A DNA stretch of 64,000 bases from the NCBI GenBank assembly GCA_016840465.1, contig JAEOSH010000006.1, positions 2,886 through 66,885 of the forward strand. Direction: 5' to 3'. The position numbers and the translations under genes are program-made. This stretch comes from Candidatus Baldrarchaeum yapensis. GTDB lineage: Archaea > Asgardarchaeota > Baldrarchaeia > Baldrarchaeales > Baldrarchaeaceae. Shown here in pieces: positions 50,093 through 60,415 of the stretch (its first letter is position 1; every line of letters starts with the position of its first letter). The notes beneath the pieces were generated by a model. It had not been told where the DNA came from, searched no databases, and worked only from the letters and a program-made list of their open reading frames with translations.

Positions 50093-50938
50093 CTAAACGT
50101 ACTTAGAAAGATCCCTTAAAAACCCAACCTTTCTCACGCAACCGTGAAACGTCCATTCGTGATTCCCGTACTTCCTTTTCTCTAATTCTGTAGCAAACTC
50201 TTCCTCTTCATCCTTTAATTCTGACTCTACAAATTCTACATTAAGCGCATCGGAAAATCCCCGTATTAATGCTTTAAGCACAGTATCCGTGTCAACATCT
50301 ACCCCTAAGTCCTTAAGCGATACTATGCTTTTCTTCAAATCGTCTAAAGTCGTCCCACTGGGGACTTTTATGACCTCATACCAATCTTCGGGCCTGAAGC
50401 CGATAAGCAAAGTTCCGTGTTGCAACAAAGCTTTATGAAGTCTTCGCTGCGCACTTCCCGAAATTTTTCTCCCTTGCACCTTAATATCGCTTTGTGCTTC
50501 TCTGAAATAGCAAAGAGCATATTTCCTTGTACCACTAAAGCGTGTTCCATGAGATGCATTGATACCTAACCTTTTGAGTGCACTTATTATTCCCCTCGTA
50601 ATAAAAGTAGCAGAACCGACCACATCATTAGGCATACATGGAAAGTCTAACGGCAGAATCACACTATATGTGATTTCGAGATCCTCTGCATGTAAAAGCG
50701 CTCCTCCGCCGGTTGGTCTTCTAACGAGTTCAAAACCCTTCAATCTTATTTTTTCAATATTCACGGAATCCTCTAACTTTTGATGAAAACCTATGCTCAC
50801 AGTACTCGGTCTCCACATGTAAAACCTAATGATCGGCATGTGCTTTTCTGGTTGATAGAGTAAGAGAAGGGCTTCATCGACCGCCATGTTCCTTCGTCCC
50901 GGCATTTTGTCATGTACTATAAGCCGAGCTTTCAGCAT
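50093..50938 (-). CDS. lplA: lipoate–protein ligase A (catalytic BPL/LplA/LipB domain)
   Basis: 'RRPTGGGALLHAEDLEITYSVIL' and 'GRKISGSAQRR' are characteristic of LplA. Confidence 0.75.
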   Translation of the reverse strand: MLKARLIVHDKMPGRRNMAVDEALLLLYQPEKHMPIIRFYMWRPSTVSIGFHQKLEDSVNIEKIRLKGFELVRRPTGGGALLHAEDLEITYSVILPLDFPCMPNDVVGSATFITRGIISALKRLGINASHGTRFSGTRKYALCYFREAQSDIKVQGRKISGSAQRRLHKALLQHGTLLIGFRPEDWYEVIKVPSGTTLDDLKKSIVSLKDLGVDVDTDTVLKALIRGFSDALNVEFVESELKDEEEEFATELEKRKYGNHEWTFHGCVRKVGFLRDLSKYV

Positions 50939-50978
50939 CTTATCACCGTAAACTGATGCGAAAGCAATCGTCGGGAAA

Positions 50979-52370
50979 TTAAACGATCTCGAGCAATTTT
51001 AAATCTAGATACTCATGCTGGGGATCAAAATAAGCATTGTATATCGGTGTCCTAGGTCTTGTTCCGTAAAGGAACACGTATCCGTGCCTATAAAAGACCC
51101 TTATTCCTCGATCCGCCATGTCTCTGAATATTTTCCTCGATTTAGAACTCTCATGTGCGAATGCAACTATTATATCATTCATTTTCCTGCCCTCGGATAG
51201 TATCCTCGTGCCCGCACGGACACCATCTTCCATGCCAAACGTGTGTTCGAGAGCGTCGATCGAGAACATGATGGCCACATGAGGACTACGAACTTTCGCT
51301 CTCTCCGTAATGAACGCTCGCACAAACATCTCAACATCTTCAACATCCAAGGACATCATATTCACACGATCATAAATGCTCTTTCCGAAAATCAATTCAA
51401 GTTGACGCAATGGGAACTCCTTGTCGACATACTCGGGTGGTATGTATATTACGTCTATATTGCGTGATAGAAAACCTCTCATGTGAACCTCGGTGAGGGC
51501 GGTGAGAACACCAACCGGGACATAAGGTCCTATTTCGTAAAATAGAAAGTTCCCGTATCTGAATAGTCCTATTGCTCTATCCAACGATAGTGATCCTGTT
51601 GTGCACCTCTCGTGCGGAATCTTCATCTTAGAAAGTACGTCTACGATCCTTTTCCCCTTTTCCTTTATTTCGCTCATACTTGGATATTTAAATCGTGTCA
51701 GCATCTCGAACCTTCCGCCACTAAGCGTAAACGCAACAACTGGATTGTTTATCTTAACGGATCTTAACTTTTCAATGACCATCTCGCGATACATGCGCCC
51801 ATTTATTAACTCGTACGTAAGACTTACAACTCCATCAGCGAGGTAATCGAGTTTCGAACTTTTCATCCGTTCGGTTATTATAACGGTCTTGATGTTCGAT
51901 TTCCTTGCAAAATCGGAAAACACGTGCATGAATTCTATCTCAGAAACCTTTATGGCATCACATATTGCATCCAGCGAGTCTATGACTACTAAGGAGCGAT
52001 CAACATGAGCAGTTCCACCGATTTTCGTATACAACCCTCTCAGAAAGTCAGGAAATGATGAAAACTCTAAAGCCTCATACATGCTATGTGCTCGAGGGAA
52101 CGGCGTGCGTACGGCATCTATGATGTTCTCGGGCGGAAGATATTCGCTTATATGAGGATATTGGCTCAATACAACGTCCGGGTCGACTCTCGTTGAGAGA
52201 TAATAACCATATCCTCTTTCAGCAAACTCTAATAGGCACTCCATCGAGAAAAGTGTCTTCCCAGATCCGGCCTTACCTTTAACAAGCAGAATATTGTTCC
52301 CCTTTACAGAAAAGAACCGTCTTATCTCCTCTGGCACCCTACTCATCTGATTCCCCATCCTTCCGACCAT
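50979..52370 (-). CDS. KaiC/RecA-superfamily ATPase with an intact first P-loop domain and a degenerate second RecA-like domain
   Basis: Domain 1 has 'LLVKGKAGSGKTLFSMECL' and 'LVVIDSLD'. The C-terminal half has the same fold signature ('IGLFRYGNFLFYEIGP') without a Walker A. Confidence 0.55.
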   Translation of the reverse strand: MVGRMGNQMSRVPEEIRRFFSVKGNNILLVKGKAGSGKTLFSMECLLEFAERGYGYYLSTRVDPDVVLSQYPHISEYLPPENIIDAVRTPFPRAHSMYEALEFSSFPDFLRGLYTKIGGTAHVDRSLVVIDSLDAICDAIKVSEIEFMHVFSDFARKSNIKTVIITERMKSSKLDYLADGVVSLTYELINGRMYREMVIEKLRSVKINNPVVAFTLSGGRFEMLTRFKYPSMSEIKEKGKRIVDVLSKMKIPHERCTTGSLSLDRAIGLFRYGNFLFYEIGPYVPVGVLTALTEVHMRGFLSRNIDVIYIPPEYVDKEFPLRQLELIFGKSIYDRVNMMSLDVEDVEMFVRAFITERAKVRSPHVAIMFSIDALEHTFGMEDGVRAGTRILSEGRKMNDIIVAFAHESSKSRKIFRDMADRGIRVFYRHGYVFLYGTRPRTPIYNAYFDPQHEYLDLKLLEIV

Positions 52371-52672
52371 AACAGATGCGTATCGTCAAATTCTGAAACG
52401 ACCCGTAAATAAATATTGTTCGTGGAAATTTAGATTTTACTGGGAGAATAATACTCTGTTGCAGAGAACGGCCAGCATTGATCCGTACCACCGAGATGTT
52501 TTAGAAAACGCCGGATCCTGACTTTTCGAAATATTAAGGCCGAGTACGGAGTTGTAATAGCAATTACGAGAGAATGTACACGAATGAGGGAAATTTGTAA
52601 AACTGTTGTCAAGTGCATATAAATTGGGTAACAAGAAAGTGTGAATTCCCCTTGAGATAAATTAAAAAATTA

Positions 52673-53476
52673 ATGTCTCAACTTATAACGACATCTCTCT
52701 TTACTGAAGGAGAGGAGTCGGGATTGCCAATTGCGATCCTCATACTCCATTCAAACGGCATCCTTCTATTTGACCGCATATATGGCGAAATGCAAATTGG
52801 AAAGAGAAAGGAACTGTTCTCGGGACTCATCTCTGCAATCGTGTCCTTTATGAAAGAATTAACATCGTCCGAAATAAAATACCTCATGACGGAGGATCAT
52901 GAAATATTCATTGCCCGCGGAGACAGCATTGTTGTCGCTTTAGTCGCTTATGGAAAATATGATAAGAAAACTCTCGAAAAAGTGTTACGAGAACTTGTAG
53001 ATAGTTTTGTTAAACGTTATAGCCATGCGGCATCGCTAGAGGGACTCGTAGAATTATCGGTATTCAGAAAGTTCTCAGAAGAAGTTGACGCTATTTTCCT
53101 AAGAAACGGTCTTATATCGGAGAAAGACATAGTTGCAATAAGGACGCGCGAGATTCTTGAAAGAGTGTCCAAAGGCGAACTATCGCCGGACCAAGCAATG
53201 GGCCTGATTTCCGATATAAAGGAGAACGTGAAATTTTATCGCGTATACGCACCGTCAACACCACACGTCCTCAAAAATGCAGTAATAAGAATGTCAACGG
53301 ATCCTGTGACGGTCACAATTTTAGAAAACATAGGGCGCGGAATGAGTGTCATCGAAATGACCGACGCTTTGAAAAAATCCGGATATAATGTAACCCCTGA
53401 TCGCATACTTGAGATACTTGAAAGCTTAAGGGCTAGGGGAATTGTGAAACTCGATAAGTACAGAATCCCGGCATAA
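52673..53476 (+). CDS. hypothetical protein: N-terminal roadblock/longin-like alpha/beta domain, C-terminal winged-helix-like domain
   Basis: Alternating β ('IAILILHSNGILLF', 'IFIARGDSIVVALVAY') and helix segments at the N-terminus, with a C-terminal 'MSVIEMTDALKKSGYNVTPDRILEILESLRARGIV'. It is divergent from the KaiC-like gene. Confidence 0.35.
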   Translation: MSQLITTSLFTEGEESGLPIAILILHSNGILLFDRIYGEMQIGKRKELFSGLISAIVSFMKELTSSEIKYLMTEDHEIFIARGDSIVVALVAYGKYDKKTLEKVLRELVDSFVKRYSHAASLEGLVELSVFRKFSEEVDAIFLRNGLISEKDIVAIRTREILERVSKGELSPDQAMGLISDIKENVKFYRVYAPSTPHVLKNAVIRMSTDPVTVTILENIGRGMSVIEMTDALKKSGYNVTPDRILEILESLRARGIVKLDKYRIPA

Positions 53477-53628
53477 AAAGATAGGAGCGAGAATCTCTAA
53501 ACAAAATTACTATGAGTATTAAGATCCGATGTCAGTAGTCGAGGTATTCATCATCAGGTCAGAGGGTAGTCCCTAGCCATCATCCGCATCTAATGGTATA
53601 ATTGCAGAAAATAAACTTAATGGTGAAG

Positions 53629-54384
53629 TCATAGTAACAAATCACCCCGACGATATTCCTCAATATCACCAATGATTCCCTTTACTCTTTCGAGTCTCTC
53701 CTTCATCTGGAGGATTCCACTGTCAACGTTAACCCTCAAACTTCTTCTTAAAACTGAAGATACTACCTCCACTCCTCCCAGAAAGCTTTTTATCTCATGA
53801 TATGCTTTTTCGGCTGACCTCTTATCAAGAGATCCAGAAGCTATTCTGACCATCAACATATCTATGAGCTTGTCTATTTTCTTTATCCGCGACTCCAGTT
53901 GTTCTTTGAACATGTTCCGAATTATTTTATGCATCCAGTCCTCTAGTGGTCTCAGCTTTGAAAGTTTGAAACACTTTCCCCCCTCACTCTTTATGAGCAT
54001 GACTATCTCTCCTGGAGTTACTATCTTGGGGTGCATTCTCTTCTTCACATATGCGAACAGGTATGTGGACTTTGCGATTCTTATTGCGGGTGCATACCAC
54101 ATCATTCTCTGGAGGCGTTTTCTCAGTTTAACATTAGATTGGGGCAGATCAGAATACGTCACAAGACTGAGACTTCCAACGTTAACGTCATCGCCGCTGA
54201 CATGGGGTTTTTCAACGCTCCTGAATTTCTTAAGAACAATATAGGAGTTTTCTGGGAGCACGATGTCACCCTTCGGGACGATCCACACCCGCCGCCCTAT
54301 TCTTCGCGCTCCTTTGATCTCAAGCAACTTCTGTATCCGTTGCCTTCGGGAGGAACTCCCATCGATCAGAATTACTATCTGCAC
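53629..54384 (-). CDS. hypothetical protein (251 aa)
   Basis: ORF only. It is basic and helical, with no motifs recognised. Confidence 0.3.
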   Translation of the reverse strand: MQIVILIDGSSSRRQRIQKLLEIKGARRIGRRVWIVPKGDIVLPENSYIVLKKFRSVEKPHVSGDDVNVGSLSLVTYSDLPQSNVKLRKRLQRMMWYAPAIRIAKSTYLFAYVKKRMHPKIVTPGEIVMLIKSEGGKCFKLSKLRPLEDWMHKIIRNMFKEQLESRIKKIDKLIDMLMVRIASGSLDKRSAEKAYHEIKSFLGGVEVVSSVLRRSLRVNVDSGILQMKERLERVKGIIGDIEEYRRGDLLL

Positions 54385-54642
54385 ATCATCACCCGGCTCA
54401 TACTCTCATCATGCACAAGCATCTGTCACTATTAGCACTTTGTACTTAATGCGTATTATTTCCTGCCATCTAAAAATATTATCTTGGGTATATAGTCTAC
54501 AGATGGGCACTCATTACCACTTATGAATAAAGAAGGTAGGCGGTCATCGATATTGCTCCACTGACTATTGTTCTCAATAATAGTTATTGTCGTTTCAGGG
54601 GATTGCTTTTTTAATCCTTCTATGGAAACTTATTTCTAGAGC

Positions 54643-55449
54643 GTGATGCAGATGAGCGGTGAAAGGGAACTCATGGAGGCTGTGAGATCCGCTGCGGAAC
54701 TCATAGTATCATCGGAGTACGTAATTGCCCTCACAGGTGCTGGAATTTCTGTGGAAAGTGGAATACCTCCATTTAGGGGTCCCGGTGGAATATGGACAAA
54801 GTACGGTGAGCCACCGCCAGATCAGTATCAGGAGTTTCTTCGGGATCCAAAGGGTTGGTGGGAGAGGAGGTTAAAGAGAGAGCTAGAAGGGCCGACAGGT
54901 GAGATGGTGAGAAAAATTTACGAGGCGAAGCCGAATCTTGCGCATAAGGCTCTTGCCGAGTTAGAAGAAATGGGAATATTAAAATCGATAATTACGCAAA
55001 ACATAGACGGTCTGCATCAAAAGGCCGGGAGCAAAAACGTGATAGAGATCCATGGCAACATTTACAAACTCAGGTGCATTTCGTGTAATGCCAGATTTGA
55101 TAGAGACAAGTTTGAGATAAAAGAACTTCCACCGCTGTGTCCCAATTGTGGTGGATTGGTAAAACCAGACGTAGTATACTTCGGGGAACCCATTCCACCG
55201 GATATGCTAAATGCGTCCCTCCTAGAGGTATATAAGTGCGACTGCATGCTCGTCGTTGGAACATCCGCAGTCGTCTACCCAGCCGCAGGTTTTCCGATAG
55301 CCGCAAAAAGACGCGGGGCCTTTCTTATAGAAGTGAATCCGTATGAAACCTCAATATCACATATATGCGATGTGGTCTTGAGAGAGGCCGCAGGAAAAGC
55401 TCTACCACTGGTCGTCCAGGAGGTTAGGCGTTTGCTTGCCAGAAGGTGA
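54643..55449 (+). CDS. cobB: Sir2-family NAD-dependent protein deacylase (intact)
   Basis: '[23 protein letters not shown]', 'ITQNIDGLHQKAGS', 'IEIHG' and a Zn ribbon 'CISCNARF…CPNCGG'. Confidence 0.85.
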   Translation: MMQMSGERELMEAVRSAAELIVSSEYVIALTGAGISVESGIPPFRGPGGIWTKYGEPPPDQYQEFLRDPKGWWERRLKRELEGPTGEMVRKIYEAKPNLAHKALAELEEMGILKSIITQNIDGLHQKAGSKNVIEIHGNIYKLRCISCNARFDRDKFEIKELPPLCPNCGGLVKPDVVYFGEPIPPDMLNASLLEVYKCDCMLVVGTSAVVYPAAGFPIAAKRRGAFLIEVNPYETSISHICDVVLREAAGKALPLVVQEVRRLLARR

Positions 55450-56831
55450 AATCTATGGGTCAAGTGAAGATAACGTTCTACGGCGGTGTTGGTGAAATAG
55501 GCGGAAATAAAATACTGGTAGAAGATAAAGGATACGATGTACGGCTTCTCTTAGATTTTGGTAAATCCTTTAAAATAGCATCACAGTATTACCAATTTCC
55601 GATCGATTACCCTTCAAGCCTAGATGAGTTGCTCGATCTTGGTGCAATTCCACAGATAGAAAACCTTTATACGAGAGAGTTTTTGGCACGAAGGAATGGA
55701 GATGTCGGGGGAGAGGAGGAGCCTCCGGTTGACGCGTGTTTGATATCCCACGCACACATGGATCACGCACAATACATATCTCTCCTAAATAGAAAAATAC
55801 CGGTATATGTGAGCGAGTGCTCATACAGCATTCTCACTGCGGCAGATCAGATATGGCGAACACGGCTAGAGACAAATTTTTCCGGAATAAAATTTGAAGT
55901 ATTCAAAAATGGCCAGAAAATAAAAGTTGGAAATTTAGAGATAAAGGCTCTTTACGTCGATCATAGCATTCCTGGGGCGTCCGCGTTCATACTCTACACC
56001 AGTGAGGGGCCATTGGCGTACACGGGCGACTTCAGACTTCATGGAACTTTTGAAACTCTAACAAGCGCTTTTATTGACGCTTTGAGAATGGAGGAGAAGA
56101 TAATTGCGCTAATATTTGAATCTACGTCGATATTTCGAAGCAGGATGCAAAGTGAAAGGAACGTCGAGGACTCCGCGGGGATACTTGCAAGTGCGTGTAG
56201 AGGGCTCGTAATAGCAGATTTCTCATCAACCGATTTCTTCAGATTCCAGACATTTTACAAGGTTGCACGTAAATGTGGAAGAGAGATTGTAATTACTGAG
56301 AGGTTTGCAAAGATTGTAGAGGCAATAAACCAGTACCCCGAGTACAGGTGGCCGGGTTTAAGATCCTCCGGAGACATAAGGATAATCCCAGATGCGCAAC
56401 GGAGGGAAAGATGGAGAGAGGAGATGCGTAGAAGATTTCCCGACCTATATATAAATTGGGATGAAGTGCGCAAAAATCCACAAAAGTACATATTTTGTAC
56501 ATCTTATAACAGTGTTCGCGACCTGAGAACAATAAAACCGGAGCCAGGATCAATTTACATACTGAGTTCGAGCGAACCCTTCAATGAGGAGCGCGAACTT
56601 GCGTTTGAAAAGTTGTTAAACTGGCTGGAAAAGTTAAATGTGCCGATGTACCGTATTCACGCCAGTGGCCATGCAACACCTCACGAAATCCAACAACTTG
56701 TGCACGAGACCCGTCCTAAAGTGATAATACCAATACATACCGAGTATCCTGCCGTCATTGCAGGATTTCTGCAAGGCCTTTCCGAGAAATCTCTTATACC
56801 CGAAAAGGGAATAACATACGAAATACAATAA
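55446..56831 (+). CDS. MBL-fold/beta-CASP ribonuclease, archaeal RNase J-like
   Basis: 'CLISHAHMDHAQ' (HxHxDH), 'YTGDFR', a C-terminal His 'IPIHTE', and ~460 aa, typical of aRNase J. Confidence 0.6.
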   Translation: MKSMGQVKITFYGGVGEIGGNKILVEDKGYDVRLLLDFGKSFKIASQYYQFPIDYPSSLDELLDLGAIPQIENLYTREFLARRNGDVGGEEEPPVDACLISHAHMDHAQYISLLNRKIPVYVSECSYSILTAADQIWRTRLETNFSGIKFEVFKNGQKIKVGNLEIKALYVDHSIPGASAFILYTSEGPLAYTGDFRLHGTFETLTSAFIDALRMEEKIIALIFESTSIFRSRMQSERNVEDSAGILASACRGLVIADFSSTDFFRFQTFYKVARKCGREIVITERFAKIVEAINQYPEYRWPGLRSSGDIRIIPDAQRRERWREEMRRRFPDLYINWDEVRKNPQKYIFCTSYNSVRDLRTIKPEPGSIYILSSSEPFNEERELAFEKLLNWLEKLNVPMYRIHASGHATPHEIQQLVHETRPKVIIPIHTEYPAVIAGFLQGLSEKSLIPEKGITYEIQ

Positions 56832-56832
56832 T

Positions 56833-57120
56833 TCATCGCTTCAAATTGCCATTTAATGCTCTACTCTTTATTACCCTTACCCCCAATGGGGTTCTCTTTA
56901 GAAATATTTTCTCCCCATCGCGCTCCGCAACCACGTACATCTCATTACAGTCAAAGACCTCCTTCATCTTGTTGAACAGAGCCTCTATAAATATCGCAAG
57001 CATTCTTAGATCCTGGTCATCGGTGCTTTCTGTTATGAAGGGAAACTCTTCCACCCCATTCTTTTGTGGCTTGGATGATTTGTCCGACACCGCTGGTATC
57101 CCCAACAGATCGTTAATCAA
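56833..57120 (-). CDS. hypothetical small protein (95 aa)
   Basis: ORF only, convergent with the RNase J gene. Confidence 0.25.
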   Translation of the reverse strand: MINDLLGIPAVSDKSSKPQKNGVEEFPFITESTDDQDLRMLAIFIEALFNKMKEVFDCNEMYVVAERDGEKIFLKRTPLGVRVIKSRALNGNLKR

Positions 57121-57216
57121 TAACCCGTTATATCCATATTCCTAATTTGCTAAGGTGGCATATCTGATGTTCCACCCGCTATTGCATCATTCCATCGACA
57201 AAAAGTGTAAGGGTGA

Positions 57217-59187
57217 ATGCGGATGGTTACGGATGTTGATAGTATTTTCTCGACATTATATGGTGAAATTTCCGGGATAAGGGCGAAGGACTTCGTCTCC
57301 GAAATTTCTAGGTATCACAGAATACAGGCGTCGCCGGGATATCGAAAAGCCGCAGAATTCATCCTAGATACGCTTAAAAAGCACGGAATAGACACAAAAA
57401 TTCTGAGTTTTGAATCCAACGGGCGAAAGAAATATTTAGAGTTTCTATCCCCCATGGGCTGGGAAGCCACTCATGCAATTCTGGAAATGGTTGAACCTAG
57501 GAGAGAGAAACTCGTTGATTACACCGAACATCCGATATCTCTGGTTGCGTTTTCGGGAGGAACGCCAAAAGGTGGGGTGACAGCCGAGGTCACTTACGTG
57601 GGACCTGGTATAGAAGATAGGAATTATGACGGGATTGATGTTAAAGGGAAGTTCGTCTTGGCATATGGCGAGCCCCGTAGAGTCTTTAAAAAGGCCGTTA
57701 TTGAGCGAGGAGCCATCGGGCTTATATTTTTCAGGAGAGGGGTTGCTGAGCAGGACGCTATTCCATATAGATCCCTATGGCCGTCGGCCGACGAGATTTA
57801 CAAATTAGTCCCCGCATTCTCCGTATCTAAAAGGACAGCTGAGAGGATAATATCACTAATAGAAAGAGGAGAAAGGGTGAAAGTGAGGGCGGAGGTGAAT
57901 GTTAAGTTTTTCGAAAGTAGCCTAGACATCATTACTGCCGTCCTGCCAGGCGAGGTGGAAGAGGAAGTTGTTCTGATAGCACACTTATGTCATCCTAAAC
58001 CTTCTGCAAATGACAACGCTTCCGGGTCAGGACTGCTACTTGAGATCGCGTGCACATTAAAGAGGCTCATGGACGCGGGATTATTGAAACTTAAACGGGC
58101 GGTAAGATTTTTCTGGGTACCAGAATATACAGGAACGGCAGCCCTTCTTTCGGAGGGCATAAAAAATATTGGAAAAATCAGAGCAGTGATAAATCTTGAT
58201 ATGGTCGGAGAAGATCAGTCGCAATGCGGATCGGTTCTCTCAATAGTCAGTTCGCCAATGTCTGTCCCGTCGTTTCTAACATTCCTTATAGAATCGCTGG
58301 TGGAACGTTCCGCAAAGGAGAAATTAAAACAATTTGGCGCTGTAGATTCGTTATATTCGTTCAGGTTCAAGAGGACGCCGTTTGTTTGGGGAAGCGACCA
58401 CGAAGTTTTCTCGTGTTCGGACTTCAAAATACCATCTGTTGCGCTGATATGCTGGCCGGACAGATACTATCATTCGAGTTTCGATACTGCGGACAAGGTC
58501 GATCCGCAAATTTTGAAGCATATTGGCGCCGCAGTAGCAACAGCGACCATCATCTGCGCATCGTCATCACAAGAAATAGGCCTCTGGGTGCTACCACGTG
58601 TGATGAGAGGTATTATGAGCGTATTGGGATCCATCGAGGAGAAAGCGCTGGCAATAAAGGATCCGAAGACGTACCGCCTGATGTATGAATCACTTGATGT
58701 TTACGAAAAGTGGGCACTTGGAACCTTACACTCGATCTTGACAATGTTCGATGGTGAAGTTTTAAAGAAATGCGTTATGGAGAGCGAAACTGAAATTAAG
58801 AATGCAATTTCGAAAATCAGGAGAAGGTTTCTAATAGTAGCCGAGGGGCGGGGATGGCCCATCACGGATGTGGAACTTACAGAGGAGGAACGTGAGGCAT
58901 TAGAACGTGTCTACATCAAGAAATTCAGGGGACCTCTGCCTTTAAGATATTTGAGAGAGCACCCTAAGGATGGAAGAGCCCTATGGTATCTGAGAAAAAT
59001 AGAATCTGATGACCCGATAATTTCCCAGATATCAGAAATGCTAAACCTCATGGACGGCACAAAGTCGCTCTACGACATCTATGTGACGCTAATAGCAGAA
59101 TACGGAAAATCAAACCTGAGAGAATTGATCGAAATATGTAACGATCTCGAAGAACTGGGACTCATAGAAAAAGTTGGGAAGAAGTAG
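57217..59187 (+). CDS. Zn-dependent exopeptidase-like protein (M28/PA-domain-type, DUF4910-like) with a C-terminal helical domain
   Basis: A PA-like insert ('GKFVLAYGEP…GAIGLIFF'), 'HLCHPKPSANDNASGSG', 'DMVGE' and a 'HSSFDT' metal-ligand-like motif. Confidence 0.5.
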   Translation: MRMVTDVDSIFSTLYGEISGIRAKDFVSEISRYHRIQASPGYRKAAEFILDTLKKHGIDTKILSFESNGRKKYLEFLSPMGWEATHAILEMVEPRREKLVDYTEHPISLVAFSGGTPKGGVTAEVTYVGPGIEDRNYDGIDVKGKFVLAYGEPRRVFKKAVIERGAIGLIFFRRGVAEQDAIPYRSLWPSADEIYKLVPAFSVSKRTAERIISLIERGERVKVRAEVNVKFFESSLDIITAVLPGEVEEEVVLIAHLCHPKPSANDNASGSGLLLEIACTLKRLMDAGLLKLKRAVRFFWVPEYTGTAALLSEGIKNIGKIRAVINLDMVGEDQSQCGSVLSIVSSPMSVPSFLTFLIESLVERSAKEKLKQFGAVDSLYSFRFKRTPFVWGSDHEVFSCSDFKIPSVALICWPDRYYHSSFDTADKVDPQILKHIGAAVATATIICASSSQEIGLWVLPRVMRGIMSVLGSIEEKALAIKDPKTYRLMYESLDVYEKWALGTLHSILTMFDGEVLKKCVMESETEIKNAISKIRRRFLIVAEGRGWPITDVELTEEEREALERVYIKKFRGPLPLRYLREHPKDGRALWYLRKIESDDPIISQISEMLNLMDGTKSLYDIYVTLIAEYGKSNLRELIEICNDLEELGLIEKVGKK

Positions 59188-60123
59188 TTAGGTGGGAGAA
59201 GGAAGAATAACTCGCATGCCAACGGTGCTCAGCACAAATTTTTCCCTAAGTTCCGTTGAAATTCTACTTATGGCCTTAAAGCCGGTGCAATGCATCGGTA
59301 TTATGTAAGTTGGATCTATCTCCCTGAACATCTCGATGGTCTTATTAATCGTAGTATCTGGAGCCCCGCTCAGATGGAATCCTCCTATCACCGCATACAC
59401 CTTTTTAGTTCCCGTAATTTTTTGCGCGTGCAATATCGTATTTATTATGCCAGCGTGCGCGCATCCCGATATTACAACCAATCCCTCCTTCCTTAGGCGT
59501 ATCACTAAAGATTGGTCGTCAAGTATTTCATCCCTTACAAGTTTATCGTCCTTTATCGTATACATCACTGGAAATCCTTTCTCAAAATCGGTGGTCCGTT
59601 CAACTTCCCCTGTTGTTGTTGTTCCGGGTGCAAGTTGTACGGGGGACTTTGTTATCATCAATTTTGCCCCCAAGGACTTCAACTTCTCGGGGTCGAGTAT
59701 CATGGGTCCTCGGGTATTCCCGTTCGGAAGTATTACGTACTTTGGCAAGAAAACATCCGGATGCGCAACAAAGGTGACGGGCTTACCTATTTTCTTAAGC
59801 ACATCCTCTAACGCGCCATAGTGATCTAAATGTCCATGACTGAGAAAGAAGAAGTCGACCTCTCTGAAGTTAACGCCTAACTTCTCAGCATTATATGGGA
59901 CCCCTACTCTCGTGAGCCCTGCGTCCATGAGTATAGTTCGACATCTATCCCCCCTGAACACCTTAATTAGTAGTGAAAGTCCGTGCTCTGCAATCAACTG
60001 TTCTGAGAGCTCAGCCACGTATCTTTTCACTGGCGGAACGCTTGGAACCAGAACATCCGCGTAGTTATCCATTAAAACAAGTATTTCTACCCTATCGGCA
60101 TCTCCCAGCAACAACACCTTCAC
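59188..60123 (-). CDS. MBL-fold metallo-hydrolase
   Basis: 'FFLSHGHLDHYGAL' (HxHxDH) with downstream His/Asp ligands 'IPMHCTGF'. Confidence 0.7.
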   Translation of the reverse strand: MKVLLLGDADRVEILVLMDNYADVLVPSVPPVKRYVAELSEQLIAEHGLSLLIKVFRGDRCRTILMDAGLTRVGVPYNAEKLGVNFREVDFFFLSHGHLDHYGALEDVLKKIGKPVTFVAHPDVFLPKYVILPNGNTRGPMILDPEKLKSLGAKLMITKSPVQLAPGTTTTGEVERTTDFEKGFPVMYTIKDDKLVRDEILDDQSLVIRLRKEGLVVISGCAHAGIINTILHAQKITGTKKVYAVIGGFHLSGAPDTTINKTIEMFREIDPTYIIPMHCTGFKAISRISTELREKFVLSTVGMRVILPSPT

Positions 60124-60415
60124 CTCCTCTCAAGAAGTCAATTATTTTTGAGCATATGCTCAATTTAAAATCTCCACCCAGATGTCGCTGGTATTCAAAC
60201 TCCTGAGTCGCACATTACAAAGAATGTGTAATGCTCGGACAATCATGCACCAACAGATGTGACTCGCAATAATGAGAGCAACATGCTTAAGAATAGAATT
60301 AAAAATCGTTTTTTAAGCAATTTGACGTAAAAATTGTACGCTAAGACCGATTAAAAGGTCTGATGATTTTTGACGCAATCCGCCGCAAACAACGCATCAT
60401 TAAGAAAATGCATTT

